Below are positions 1 to 10,985 of a DNA stretch of 64,000 nt, in pieces. The stretch is from contig CM059431.1 in NCBI GenBank assembly GCA_030390025.1, positions 136,278,001-136,342,000 on the forward strand. Reading direction: 5' to 3'. Origin of the DNA: Squalus acanthias. Its lineage: Eukaryota. Below the pieces are notes generated by a model. That model was given only the letters and a program-made list of their open reading frames with translations, was not told the DNA's origin and ran no database searches. Numbering within the stretch: position 1 is the stretch's first letter; each line of letters opens with the position of its first letter. A program made the position numbers and the translations under genes.

Positions 1-44
1 TTGTCTTGAAAACTTCGATCAGATCACCAGATGGACTTCTGAAG

Positions 45-205
45 TTATTGCAACTATAATACAATCCCACCACCAGAATGTCCTCCTCTCGCTTCCTCCT
101 TCCTATCTGTTTTCAAAAGAGATTTCCGTCTCCAACACCCTTGTTCATTCTCCCACCTACCCAACCTTCAGCTGCCCTTCCCTAGACACTTTCCCTTGCA
201 ACTAC
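45..205 (+). mobile_element. Highly decayed Penelope-like element fragment (region between RT and GIY-YIG endonuclease)
   Basis: Frameshifted translation gives NPTTR..., LSVFKRD, TLVHS and TFPCN, in the order I recall for Penelope/Poseidon ORFs. Recognised from memory, not by search. Confidence 0.4.
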
Positions 206-220
206 TGCACCTCCGATATT

Positions 221-387
221 ACATAAGAACATAAGAAATAGGAGCAGGAGTAGGCCATTCGGCCCCTCGAGCCTGCTCCGCCATTCAATGAGATCGTGGC
301 AAATCTTCTGCCTCAACTCCACTTTCCTACCCGCTCCCCATAGCCCTTGATTCCCTTAATATTCAAAAATCTATCGATCGCTGTCTT
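221..387 (-). mobile_element. CR1 LINE 3' end (3' part of an element split by the insertion at 386-1194)
   Basis: Reverse complement gives ORF2 C-terminus KTAIDRFLNIKGIKGYGERVGKWS*, the CR1 3'UTR (GGAGCAGG...CCTACTCCTGCTCC stem-loop) and a (TTCTTATG)n tail. Confidence 0.9.
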
Positions 388-1194
388 ATCCACTTTGGTG
401 GCAAAATCAGGAAGGCAGATTATTATCTGAACGGCAATAGATTGGGAAAAGGGGAAGTGCAACGAGACCTGGGAGTGCTTGTGCACCAGTCGCTGAAGGT
501 AAGCATGCAGGTGCAGCAGGCGGTTAAGAAGGCAAATGGTATGTTGGCCTTCATAGCGAGAGGATTCGAGTACAGGAGCAAGGATGTCTTGCTGCAGTTG
601 TACAGGGCCTTGGTGAGACCACACCTTGAGTATTGTGTGCAGTTGTGTTCGCCTTATCTGAGGAAGGATGGTCTTGCCATGGAGGGAGTGCAGCAAAGAT
701 TCACCAGACTGATACCTGGGATGGCAGGAATGACGTATGAAGAGAGATTGGGACGATTGGGCTTGTATTCGCTCGAGTTTAGAAGAATGAGAGGGGATCT
801 CATTGAAACTTATAAAATTCTAACAGGGCTAGACAGACTAGATGCAGGAAGGATGTTCCCGATGGCGGGGGAGTCCAGAACCAGGGGTCACAGTCTAAGG
901 ATAAGGGGTAAGCCATTTAGGACTGAGATGAGGAGGAATTTCTTCACCCAGAGAGTGGTGAACCTGTGGAATTCTCTACCACAGAAGGCAGTTGAGGCCA
1001 ATTCATTAAATATATTCAAGAAGGAGATAGATATATTTCTTAATGCTAAAGGGATCAAGGGATATGGGGAGAAAGCAGGGACAGGGTACTGAATTTGGAT
1101 GATCAGCCATGATCTCATTAAATGGCGGAGCAGGTTCGAGGGGCCGAATGGCCTACTCCTGCTCCTATCTTCTATGTTTCTATTATGTTTCTAT
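386..1194 (+). mobile_element. 5'-truncated CR1 LINE (ORF2 C-terminal part, 3'UTR, tail)
   Basis: ORF 442-1092 carries [18 protein letters not shown] and FFTQRVVNLWNSLP motifs. 3'UTR stem-loop and CTATGTTT-type tail follow. Confidence 0.95.
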
Positions 1195-1720
1195 ATACTC
1201 AACGATTGAGCCTCCACAGCCCTCTGGGGTAGAGAATTCCAAAGATTCACCACCCTCTGAGTGAAGAAAGTTCTCCTAATCTCAGTCCTAAATGGCCAAC
1301 CCTTTATTTTGAGACTCTGACCCCTGGTTCTAGATTCCCCAATCAGGGGAAACATCCTCCCTGCATCTACCCTGTCAAGTACTGTAAGAATTTTGTATGT
1401 TTCAATGAGATCACCTCTCATTCTTCGAAACTCTAGAGAATATAGGCCCATTCTACTCAATCTCTCCTCATAAGACAATCCCCCTAATCCCAGGAACCAG
1501 TCTGGTGAACCTTCGTTGCACTCCCTCTATGGCAAGTATATCCTTCCTTAGGTAAGGAGACCAAAACTGTACCCAATACTCCAGGTGTGGTCTCACCAGG
1601 GCCCTATACAATTGCAGTAAAACTCAAATCCTCTTGTAATAAAGGCCAACATACCATTTGCTTTCCTAATTGCTGGCTGTACCTGCATGTTAACTTTCAG
1701 TGATTCGTGTACAAGGACAC
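1192..1720 (-). mobile_element. CR1 LINE fragment (5' part of the element whose 3' end is 221-387)
   Basis: ORF 1191-1478 ends ...NSLPQRAVEAQSLSI, which continues naturally into (F)KTAIDRFL at 387-313. Confidence 0.9.
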
Positions 1721-1774
1721 GAAATTGCTCCACACTCTCCTGTGGGCTTTCTTTATATTCCTTTCTATTCAAGG

Positions 1775-2272
1775 CCTCAGAGAGGGTGCTGAGGCGATTT
1801 ACTAGAATGATACCAGGGATCCGGGACTCCAGTTATGTGGAGATATTAAGACAAGGTAGCGTCATTCTCCTTAGAACCGCAAAGGTTAAGGGGAGATTTA
1901 ATTGAGGTTTTCCAAATCATGAAGAATTTTGAGAGAATAAGTAAGGAGAAACTGTTTCCAGTGGCAGAAAGGTCGGCAACAAGAGAACACAGGTAACTGG
2001 TGAATCAATAGGAGGCGAGATCATGGAAATGTTGTTTACGCAGCGAGTTGGTCTGATCTGGAATGCACTGCCTGAGAGGGCGGTGGAAGCAGATACAATA
2101 GTTTTTTTTTTAAAGGGAATCGGATATATCCTTGAAGGGGAAACATGTGTAGGGCTGTGGGGAAAGGGCTGTGGAGTGTGATTAATTGGACTGCTCTTTC
2201 ATAGAGCCAGCAAAGGCACAATGGATCGAATGGTCTCCTTCCGTGCTGTATGATTCTCTGATTCTCTGATTC
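1775..2272 (+). mobile_element. Older, decayed 5'-truncated CR1 LINE
   Basis: ERVLRRFTRMIPG and IWNALPERAVEA remnants. 3' end reads GTGCTGTATGATTCTCTGATTCTCTGATTC. Confidence 0.8.
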
Positions 2273-3026
2273 CAGACAATCGGGACCCTACCCCCTTTTT
2301 TTAAAGACTCAGAGACAGCTGTTCAATGGCAGTGTCTTCTTCTCAAAGAGTCACAAGAACAGTTGCCACTGAAAGCAACCCTCCCGGCTGGGTCTAACCT
2401 TTAGTTCTTGACGCCCCACATAGGCCGGAGGAAAGCAACAAACGAATTCACCTCTTAAAACTGCATTAAAACAAATGATCAACAATGAATGCCGCAATCG
2501 CTAATAATGGTCTGGCAGTGAATGTGGGAACCCCGACCAATTGACACCTGGAGCTTACTATTGACATTTGCACATGTGAAGTCCGCATCTGAATGGATAT
2601 GATTACCTTTGGAAAGTGCCTTGTGCGATCCTGTTCTACAGCTCCCAATGGTGCTTCTGGCAAGGCAACATGTCAATTAAAAAAAATAGTGCTTGTAAGA
2701 AACTCTATTTCTGTCACAGGATTGTTGTAAATAAAATTAAATCTCGTAATATTAAAGGGAAAGTTACAGCATCCACGTAATTTAGTTAAATGACGGAAAG
2801 ATGGAGCAGTCAGACTGCAGGGAAGTTAAAAAAATGTCAGCGCTCTGCTATTTTAATGGGTTTTTAAAAGATTATTTTAATGTCTCCATGCGGTCTCCAC
2901 AATGCCGCCTTTATTGCCCGTCTTTGGCTGTCCTGAGAAGGTCTGCTTCTTGATAGCCCTGTGAAACATGTTACAATTGGTTAGTTTTCGAGCCCACTTC
3001 AGAGCGGTTGGCCATCCAGCACATGT

Positions 3027-3214
3027 GGGCTGAAATTGGATATGGGCGGGGTGGCCAAGCGGGCGGTGTCACGTCGGCCACCCGTTATAGGCCCCGCCCG
3101 ATTTACAGTTCCATGAGAATCCATGAGTAAGAGAATTGAATGTCGGGGGTGTCATATAAAGGGCGTCACATGCAATTCTGCCGATTTCGTGTCGCTTATG
3201 TCCAAATTCACCCC
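3027..3214. mobile_element. Palindromic non-autonomous DNA transposon (MITE), possibly PIF/Harbinger-type
   Basis: TIRs GGGCTGAAATTGGATAT and ATGTCCAAATTCACCCC (revcomp GGGGTGAATTTGGACAT). The internal arms also pair. Flanks TGT/TGC may be a decayed 3-bp TSD. Confidence 0.7.
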
Positions 3215-3230
3215 TGCAATGAGGAACTGT

Positions 3231-3590
3231 CATAGAGTCATAGAGTTATACAGCACAGAAAGAGGCCCTCCGGCCCATCGTGTCTGCGCCGGCCATCAAG
3301 CCCTGTCTATTCTAATCCCATTTTCCAGCACTTGGTCCGTAGCCTTGTATGCTATGGCGTTTCAAGTGCTCATCTAAATGCTTCTTGAATGTTGTGAGGG
3401 TTCCTGCCTCTACCACCCTTTCAGGCAGTGAGTTCCAGATTCCAACCACCCTCTGGGTGAAAAAGATTTTCCTCAATTCCCCTTTATACCTCATGCCCCT
3501 TACCTTGAAACTATGCCCCCTGGTTATTGAGCCCTCTACTAAGGGGAAAAGTTCCTTTCTATCTACCCTGTCTATGCCCCTCATAATTTT
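3231..3590 (-). mobile_element. 5'-truncated CR1 LINE with 11-bp target site duplication
   Basis: ORF 3312-3584 has FFTQRVVGIWNSLPERVVEA...GYGPSAGKWD. (CTCTATGA)n tail. TGAGGAACTGT occurs at 3220-3230 and 3590-3600. Confidence 0.92.
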
Positions 3591-3850
3591 GAGGAACTGT
3601 AGTCACGTCCAGCCCAGCCCAGGAAGGCGGACACAGATTCTTCTCCCGGAAGCCCCACAGTGAAACATTCCAACAACTTTCATGGTCGTTTTTCTGATGA
3701 CAGCACACAGACTCCAGATTTATTTCATTCACAGTTTGCTGTGACGGAAACTGAATCGCCACCTCTGGATTGCTCTTCCGGGACTAGCATGATTACACTA
3801 ATCCCCCCCCCCCGCCCCCCTCTCGACTGCTGTATCCCATTAACAAGAGA

Positions 3851-3888
3851 TGTAATACATTTCTTCACGTGTAATACATTTCTTCACG
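3851..3888. repeat. 19-bp perfect tandem duplication
   Basis: TGTAATACATTTCTTCACG x2. Confidence 0.85.
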
Positions 3889-3996
3889 TTTAAACAGCTA
3901 CTCATCATTGCTCTCAGAAACATCCCGAAGAACTCCAGATCTAATCAATTACTTTGAATTGCATCCAGTGTGGGCAAATCCATTTTCTGTTCAGGA

Positions 3997-4104
3997 AGGG
4001 AGTGGGACCAATTGGATTGCTCTTCGAAAGAGCCGGCTCAGACTCGATGGGCCGAATGGCCTCCTTCTGTGCTGTACTATTCTATGATTTTATGATTCTA
4101 CGAT
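3997..4104 (+). mobile_element. Short CR1 3'UTR/tail fragment
   Basis: GGGCCGAATGGCCTCCTTCTGTGCTGT followed by an (ATTCTATG)-like tail. Confidence 0.75.
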
Positions 4105-5772
4105 TTGATGCAGTCTACATGGATTTTAGCAACGTATTTGACAAGGTCCCACATGGCAGACTGTTCAGAAAAGTAAAAGCCCACGGGATCCAAGGGAAAG
4201 TGGCAGGTTGGATCCAAAATTAACTCAGTGGCAGGAAGCAAAGGGTTATGGTCGACGGATGTTTTTGTGATTGGAAGGCTGTGTCCAGCGGGGTTCCGCA
4301 GGGCTCAGTCCTCGATCCCTTGCTTTTTGTGCTATATATCAATTATTAAGACTACAATGTAGGGGGCATGATTAAGAAGTTTGCAGATAATACACAAATT
4401 GGCCACGTGGTTGATAGTGAGGAAGAAAACTGCAGACTGCAGGAAGATATCAATGAACTGGTCAGGTAGGCAGAAAAGTGGCAAATGGAATTAATTCAGG
4501 AGAAGTGTGAGCTAATGCAGTTGGGGATGGCTAACAAGGCAGGCGAATACACAATAAATGGTAGGATACTGAGAAGTGTAGAGGAACAGAGGGACCTTGG
4601 GGTGCATGTCCACAGATCCCTGAATGTAACAGGATAGGTAGATAAAGTGTTTAAGAAGGCATATGGGATACTTTCCTTTATTAGCCAAGGCATAGATTAT
4701 AAGAGCAGGGGGGTTATGCTAGAATTGTATAAAACACTAGTTAGGCCACAGCTAGAGTACTGCGTGCAGTTCTGGTCACCACATTACAGGAAAGATGTGA
4801 TTGCACTAGAGAGGGTACAGAGGAGATTTACAAGGATGTTGCCAGGACTGGAGAATTTTAGTTATGAGGAAAGATTGGCTAGGTAGGGTTGTTTTCTTTG
4901 GAACAGAGGAGGCTGAGGACAGATTTAATTGAGGTGTATCAAATTATGATAGACCAAGATAGAATGGATAGGAAGGACCTATTTCACTTAGCAGAGAGAT
5001 CAATAACCAGGGGGCACAGATTTAAAGTAATTGGTAGAAGGATTAGAGGAAAAATTCTTTCACCCAGAGGGTTGTGGGGGTCTGGAACTCACTGCCTGAA
5101 AGGGCGATAGAGGCAGAAACCCTAACCACATTTAAAGAAAGAAAGACTCGCATTTATATAGCGCCTTTCACGAATGCCGGACGTCTCAAATCGCTTTACA
5201 GCCAATGAAATACTTTTTGAAGTGTAGTCACTGCTGTAATGTAGGAAAGGCGGCAGGCAATTTGCACACAGCAAGCTCCCACAAACAGCAATGTGATAAT
5301 GACCAGATCATCTGTTTTTTTGTTATGTTGGTTGAGGGATAAATATTGGCCAGGACACCAGGGAGAACTCCCTTGCACTTCTTCGAAATAGTGTCATGGG
5401 ATCTCTTACGTCCACCTGAGAGAGCAGACGGAGCCTCGGTTTAACATCTCATCCGAAAGACGGCACCTCCGACAGTGCAGCACTCGCTCAGTACTGCACT
5501 GGGGTGGTCAGCCTAGATTTATGTGCTCAAGTCCCTGGAGTGGGACTTGAACCCACAACCTTCATAGACTCACAGGCGAGGGTGCTACCAACTGAGCCAC
5601 GGCTGACAGCCATATTTAAAACGTACTTGGACATGAACCTGAACTGCCGTAACTTACAGGGCTACAGACCAAGAGCTGGAAAGTGGGATTAGGCTCGATA
5701 GCTCTTTTTCAGCCAGCACTTATACGATGGGCCAAATGGTCTCCTTCTGTGCCGTAAACTTATATGATTCTA
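4105..5772 (+). mobile_element. Decayed CR1 LINE (RT domain to 3' tail), interrupted by a SINE at 5137-5609
   Basis: DAVYMDFSNVFDKVPH, GVPQGSVL and LYKTLVRPQLEYCVQFWSP motifs with stops and frameshifts. ORF end GYRPRAGKWD and the 3'UTR resume after 5620. Confidence 0.9.
5137..5609 (-). mobile_element. Full-length tRNA-derived DeuSINE-type element (SacSINE1-like)
   Basis: On the minus strand: box A TGGCTCAGTTGG, box B GGTTCAAGTCC, Deu-domain core GTGCTGCACTGTCGGAGGTGCCGTCTTTCGGATGAG, L2-like 3' end GCGCTATATAAATGC and (CTTT)n. TSD CCACATTTAAA/CCATATTTAAA at 5126-5136 and 5610-5620. Confidence 0.85.
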
Positions 5773-5931
5773 CAAGGATTCCCTAATGGCAAATAAATGA
5801 ACAGATAATCTATGTGGTGGCTTTGGCTGATGGAGGGATGTTGTCACTGGGAGAACTTCCCAACACAGCTTCAATTCAGTAGTTTCAGTTCCCACAGGGT
5901 TATTGCAGCCGTCTTGTTTCTTAATGACGGT

Positions 5932-6190
5932 TCATAGAATCATAGAATCTTACAGCACAGAAGAAAGCCCTTTGGACCATTGTGCCTGTGCTGGCTCTTT
6001 GAAAGAGGCTCTTCAATTAGTGCCACACCCCTGCTCTTTCCCCATAGCCCTGCATTTTTCTTCCTTTTCAAGTATTTATCCAATTCCCTTTTGAAAGTTG
6101 CTATTGAATCTGCTTCCACCGCCCTTTCAGGCAGTGCATTCCAGATCACAACCACTCGCTGCGTAAAGAAAATTCTCCTCATTTCCACCC
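5932..6190 (-). mobile_element. 5'-truncated CR1 3' end
   Basis: EMRRIFFTQRVVVIWNALPERAVEADS and a (GATTCTAT)n tail. Confidence 0.88.
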
Positions 6191-7132
6191 CGGATTTTTT
6201 GGCCACGGTCTTATAAACCTGAACCCCCAAATTCCACTGCACATCCATATTAACGAAAATGTACCGTGACACTTAATGACTTTGAAGTCCATCTACCTGA
6301 GCTCTGGTGAGGGAACTGGGCTGAGCTGGAGACAGAACTCCCTGTTCACACTGGACATGAGACTGAATTACTCCAAGTGCTTTCTTAGAGGGCTAGAACA
6401 TTGGTTATATCCAGCTGCTGGCCGTTGTGATCTGGTACCGATTGCTCACTTTGATCGATAATATCTGAGCTCTCCACAGCTGCTGAAAACTTTGGCTCCA
6501 ACATTTTATTTGTAATACTCCGTATTTGCATAAAATTACTTGAAAGCCCTGTTCATGTGTTGCTTTTCAATCCCCTTCCTCTTGTTACAATACTCGTGTT
6601 TGCCTCCAGGTGAAATTGTGTTGATAAGGGTCGTGCAATGGCGTCTTGTCCCCATGACCGACACTCGGGGTGAGCTAATGCAGCCCCGGTCCCAACCCTC
6701 CCGATAGCTCCCTCAATATTCTGGTCCAACCTCGAACTTCCCAACCAATTCAAATCAACCCGTCCCAAACAGCTTAGCTTCACTGCAGAATGTTATCCAC
6801 ATCAGCTCAGCATTTCTTTCCCACACAGACCCTCTCGCCCAGCCATCCATTGAGCCTAGCTCTCAAGCTGGTCCTCTCTGATCCGTCAGGAACACGAGCA
6901 ATGCAGTAACTGCTAAGGTTCGGAAGCTGCGGGGCGGGGGGGTGGGGGGGGACTGAAATTTATGGTCACGAACAGATGAACACCAGTGTTACTGAGAGAA
7001 TGGTCCTTCCACATGCTGAGGGCAGAGAGAGGAGGGGCCGTCAGTTTCCATATCGCCATCATTCATTTCTACAAATTCTTTTTTAAGAGGAAGTAGTCTC
7101 GGGATGTGGGAATCGCAGGCAAGGGCGGCATT

Positions 7133-7965
7133 CATTGGCAGATGGAGTATAATGTGGGAAAATGGGAGGTTATCCACTTTGGTAGGAAAAATAAAAAAGC
7201 TAATTATTATTTAAATGGTGAGAGACAACAAAATGCTGCGGTACAGAGGGCTCTGGGGGTCCTCGTACATGAAACACAAAAAGTTAGCATGCAGGTACAG
7301 CAAGTAATTCGGAAGGCAAATGGAATGTTGGTCTTTATAGCAAGGGGGATGGAGTATAAAAGTAGGGAAGACTTGCTACAACTATACAGGGCGTTGGTGA
7401 GACCACACCTGGAGTACAGCATACAGTTTTGGTCTCCTTATTTAAGAAGGGATATACTTGCATTGGAGGCAGTTCAGAGAAGGTTCACTAGGTTGATTCC
7501 TGAGATGAAGGGGTTGCCTTATGAAGAAAGGTTGAGCAGGTTGGGCCTATACTCATTGGAGTTTAGAAGAATGAGAGGTGATCTTATTGAAACATATAAG
7601 ATTCTGAAGGGGCTTGACAGGGTGGATGCAGGGAGGATATTTCCCCTCTTGGGGTATCTAGAACTAGGGGGCATAGTTTCAGAATAACGGGTCTCCCATT
7701 TAAGACGGGGATGAGGAGGAATTTCTTCTCTCAGAGGGTCGTGAATCTTTGGTATTCTCTACCCCAGAGAGCTGTGGAGGCTGAGTCATTGAATATATTT
7801 AAGGTGGAGATAGACAGATTTTTGAACTATAGAGGAGTCAAGGGTTATGGGGAGCGGGCAGGAAAGTGGCGTTGAGGCCAAGACCAGATCAGCCATGATC
7901 TCATTGAATGGCGGAGCAGGCTCGAGGCCCAATGGTCTACTCCTGCTCCTATTTCTTATGTTCTT
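7133..7965 (+). mobile_element. 5'-truncated CR1 LINE
   Basis: WQMEYNVGK...[12 protein letters not shown]...RGDLIETYKI with a frameshift near 7650. 3'UTR stem-loop and TTCTTATG tail. Confidence 0.93.
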
Positions 7966-8685
7966 CTGTCACAAAACCTGCGCTAACAGTTAAGTACTTT
8001 CGATGGTAACCCTCAGCTGAGTCTTTAACGGTGCCTTCCTCTGATGGGTTCAGCAGGACAGCGGATTTCAAGCAATTCTGCCCAAAATATACTTTAAAAA
8101 ATCCTTTCAACATTAAACATGGCAAAAGAAATGTAAAAATTAACTCTCCAATTTAAGTAGAGCCGCTAACAAAACACACGCTTTCGGAACGTGCTCCCAG
8201 AATGCTCGTATCTGAATTGAATCTCTTGTACCCCTCGCAAACCCCACATCCACCCCCCCTTCCTGGAAAGACGTTAGTCCGTTCCGAACACTTTGCACCA
8301 GTTAGGACACGTTTCCTTCCTGAGAATAATATCCAGCTACTCGTTGCTGGAATAATCCAATTTACCTCGGTCATTCAGACCCCTCAGAACACACTGAACA
8401 AAGCATCAAACCTTCCTATCGACATCAGGGAGACATGTTTATACCAAACAGAATGCCTGCCCCCTGTAATTCCGTCTACGACCAGCAGGGGTGTCTCTTT
8501 ATTTTAATCCAGACGAAGCAGTGACCAGAAAAATGGTTCTAACCTCATCATAAAATCTTCATTATCATGAAAACTTCTTAAAAAAATCTCCATAACTTTT
8601 CTATTTAGGTCGAGCGACAAAGTCCCCTTCTCTATTTGATCTCTTGGTAACTCAGGCCTCACATCCGCGGGAATACACTGCGGCA

Positions 8686-8778
8686 GGGCTAGAAATTCGT
8701 CTCGGGCATTGGCGAGAAAGGGGGCGGTATCGGATCGGCCGCCCGTTATACACAGCGCCTGATAATTCAGTTCTATTG
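8686..8778. mobile_element. Single arm of a MITE related to 3027-3214
   Basis: GGGCTAGAAATT...GGGCGGTATCGGATCGGCCGCCCGTTATA aligns with GGGCTGAAATT...GGGCGGTGTCACGTCGGCCACCCGTTATA. Confidence 0.55.
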
Positions 8779-8799
8779 CGGTCAAGAAACTGTCTCAAG

Positions 8800-9105
8800 G
8801 GGATCACTAACCAGATGACACAGATTTAAAGTAATTGGCAAAAGAATCAGAGGCAACACGAGGAAACAAGTACGCAGCGAGTTGTTGTGATCTGGAATGC
8901 GCTGCCTGAAAGGGCGGCAGAAGCAGATTCAATAGTAACTTTCAAAAGGGAATTGGATACATACTTGAAAGAGGAAAATTGCAGGGCTTTGGGGAAAGAG
9001 CGGGGGAAGTGGGACTAATTGAATTACTCTTTCAAAGAGCCGGCACAGGCACGATGGGCTGAATGGCCTTCTCCTGTGCTGTGTCATTGTGTGACTCTGT
9101 GATTC
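8800..9105 (+). mobile_element. Decayed CR1 3' end
   Basis: QRVVVIWNALPERAAEADSIVTFKRELD remnant and 3'UTR GAATGGCCTTCTCCTGTGCTGT. Confidence 0.8.
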
Positions 9106-9351
9106 CAGAAACTGTTCACTTTGCTGCTCACAGCATGTCTGTTGAGCAGTATCATCCAAGGTAAACACTGCCACACAGAAACAAACAGTTAAGCATTACG
9201 TTATAGCCTTTAAATAAAAGGATTCCGCAGCTACCCAAGACAAACCTTTAGACACCTGTAAATGGTTAAGCATTAAGCAAATATGTTTAGTGTCTTACAA
9301 CAGGTATTTCACACCAGCGCACCTGTAAAGGTAATGAAGAAACTCCACTCT

Positions 9352-10087
9352 TCCCCTGGCCGTCGTCCCATCCTCCACCCTCTGTAAACTTGAGGTCATC
9401 CAAACATCTGCTGCCCGTGTCCCAACACGTACCAAGTCCCGTTCACCCCCTGTTCTCGCTGACCTGCATTGGCTCCCGGTCCGGCATCATCTCAATTTTA
9501 AAATTCTCATCCTTGTGTTCAATTCCCTCCACGGCCTCGCCCACTCCTTATTTCTGCAACCTCCTGCACCCCTACAAACCTCCGAGATCTCTGCAGTATT
9601 CCAATTCTGGCCTCTTGTGAATACCCGATTTCCTTCGGATCACCTGTCTAGTTCCCCTTCCTCCTTTATGAAGCTCCTTGAGACTTACCTATTTAACCAA
9701 TCTCTTTGTCACCTGTCCTAAGGTCTTCTTCTTCAGCCTGGTGTCAGCTTTTCTCTGATTTCTTCACACAGAGGGTGGTGAATCTTTGGAATTCTCTACC
9801 CCAGAGGGCTGTGGAGGCTCAGTCATTGGTTATATTCAAAACAGAAGTCGATAGATTTCTGACTAGTAAGGACATCAAGGGATATGGCGATAGGGCCGGT
9901 GAATGGAGTTGAGGCAGAAGATCAGCCATGATCTCATTGAATGGCGGAGCAGGTTCGAAGGGCCGAATGGCCGACTCCTGCTCCTATTTCTTTTGTTCTT
10001 ATGTTCTTATGATTACATTCCTGTGAAGCGTCTATTTTAAGTTGTTTTCCTACTTTAAAACCCCGGTATAAGTGGGAGTCGTTGTTG
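9352..10087 (+). mobile_element. L2-clade LINE 3' fragment, interrupted by a CR1 at 9759-10012
   Basis: KLEVIQTSAAR, PVLADLHWLPV, FKILILVFNSLHGLA and PPRSL..SNSGLL motifs. L2-type 3'UTR CCTGTGAAGCG...GTTGTTG. Confidence 0.8.
9759..10012 (+). mobile_element. 5'-truncated CR1 3' end nested in L2
   Basis: FFTQRVVNLWNSLPQRAVEAQS...GEWS* with 3'UTR and tail. TGATT flanks it at 9756-9760 and 10010-10014. Confidence 0.9.
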
Positions 10088-10354
10088 GAGTAGACCAAGT
10101 ATAAAAGGAATAAACTATGAAGAAAGATTCCCTGCTATAATATTGATAAATTGGGAGAGTCACTTGCTGTTGTAATGTTGAACAATGGCGGTGAAATCAC
10201 GAGTGTATTTAAGCTGCTGATTTGCCTGGTAAGGACGAAGTCTGGGATCAGTCCTTAGGTAATACCAGTAAAGGTTAAGAATGAGATTTGTTCAAAGGTT
10301 TAGATTGTATCATCCCAGCAGTTCGAAGTTAATTGTTAGAAACATACAAAATTC

Positions 10355-10742
10355 AATCTCATTGAAACATACAAGATTCTGAAGGGGATTGACAGGGTAG
10401 ATGCTGAGAGGTTGTTTCCCCTGGCTGGAGTGTCTAGAACTAGGGGGCAGAGTCTCAGGATAAGGGGTCGACCATTTAATACTCTGATCAGGAGGAATTT
10501 CTTCACTCAGATGGTTGTGAATCTGTGGAATTCTCTGCCCCAGGGGGCTGTGAATTCTGAGTCTTTGAGTATATTCAAGGCTGAGAGAGATAGATTTTTG
10601 GACTCTAGGGGAATCAAGGGATATGGAGATGGGGCGGGAGAGTGGAGTTGAGGTCGATGATCAGCCATGATCATATTGAATGGCGGAGCAGGCTCGAGGG
10701 GCCGTATGGCCGACTCCTGCTCTTATTTCTAATGTTCTTATG
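10355..10742 (+). mobile_element. 5'-truncated CR1 3' end
   Basis: ORF 10412-10651 (FFTQMVVNLWNSLP...GEWS*) with 3'UTR stem-loop and tail. Confidence 0.9.
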
Positions 10743-10771
10743 GTGACTTTAAAAGGGAGACGGAAAACAAC

Positions 10772-10985
10772 AAATAAAAACAGAAAATGTTGGAAACGCT
10801 CAGCAGGCCAGGCAGCATCTGTGGAGAGAGAAACAGAGTTAACGTTTCAGGTCGACGACCTTCCGTCAGAACTGGAAAAAGTTAGAGATGTAACAGATTT
10901 TAAGCAAAAACAGCGGCAGGGAAAGGGGGGAGGGTGGGCAGAACAAAAGGGAAGGCCTGTGATAAGGTGGAAGCCAGGAGAGATA
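10772..10985 (-). mobile_element. Penelope-like element terminal (pLTR-type) fragment
   Basis: AAAACAGAAAATGTTGGAAACGCTCAGCAGG..CAGCATCTGTGGAGAGAGAAACAGAGTTAACGTTTCAGG is an abundant elasmobranch repeat end (from memory). It contains a hammerhead-like core. Confidence 0.6.
10837..10873 (-). ncRNA. Candidate minimal type I hammerhead ribozyme motif (core-variant)
   Basis: Minus strand reads AGUU-CUGACGG-A-AGGUC-GUC-GACCU-GAA-ACGU-U-AACU. Stem I is AGUU/AACU, stem II is AGGUC/GACCU, stem III is palindromic ACGU. The core deviates from CUGANGA. Confidence 0.5.

Larger units (their letters stand above)
2885..3800 (-). mobile_element. Old degenerate tRNA-derived SINE, interrupted by a MITE (3027-3214) and a CR1 (3231-3590)
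   Basis: Segments about 2885-3026, 3215-3230 and 3601-3800 join into the reverse complement of a common elasmobranch SINE (TTTATTGCCC..., AGTCAC...CCAG..AAGG..CAGATT..., CCAGATTTATT..., CCTCTGGATT). Recognised from memory. Confidence 0.45.

Noticed and set aside
5790..5890. Possible second, very decayed DeuSINE fragment
   Set aside because: Only patchy similarity to 5290-5390, too weak to call without alignment.
8504..8785. Minus-strand 93-aa ORF as a possible host exon
   Set aside because: Its 5' part overlaps a MITE arm, it has no recognisable domain, and no partner exons are evident.
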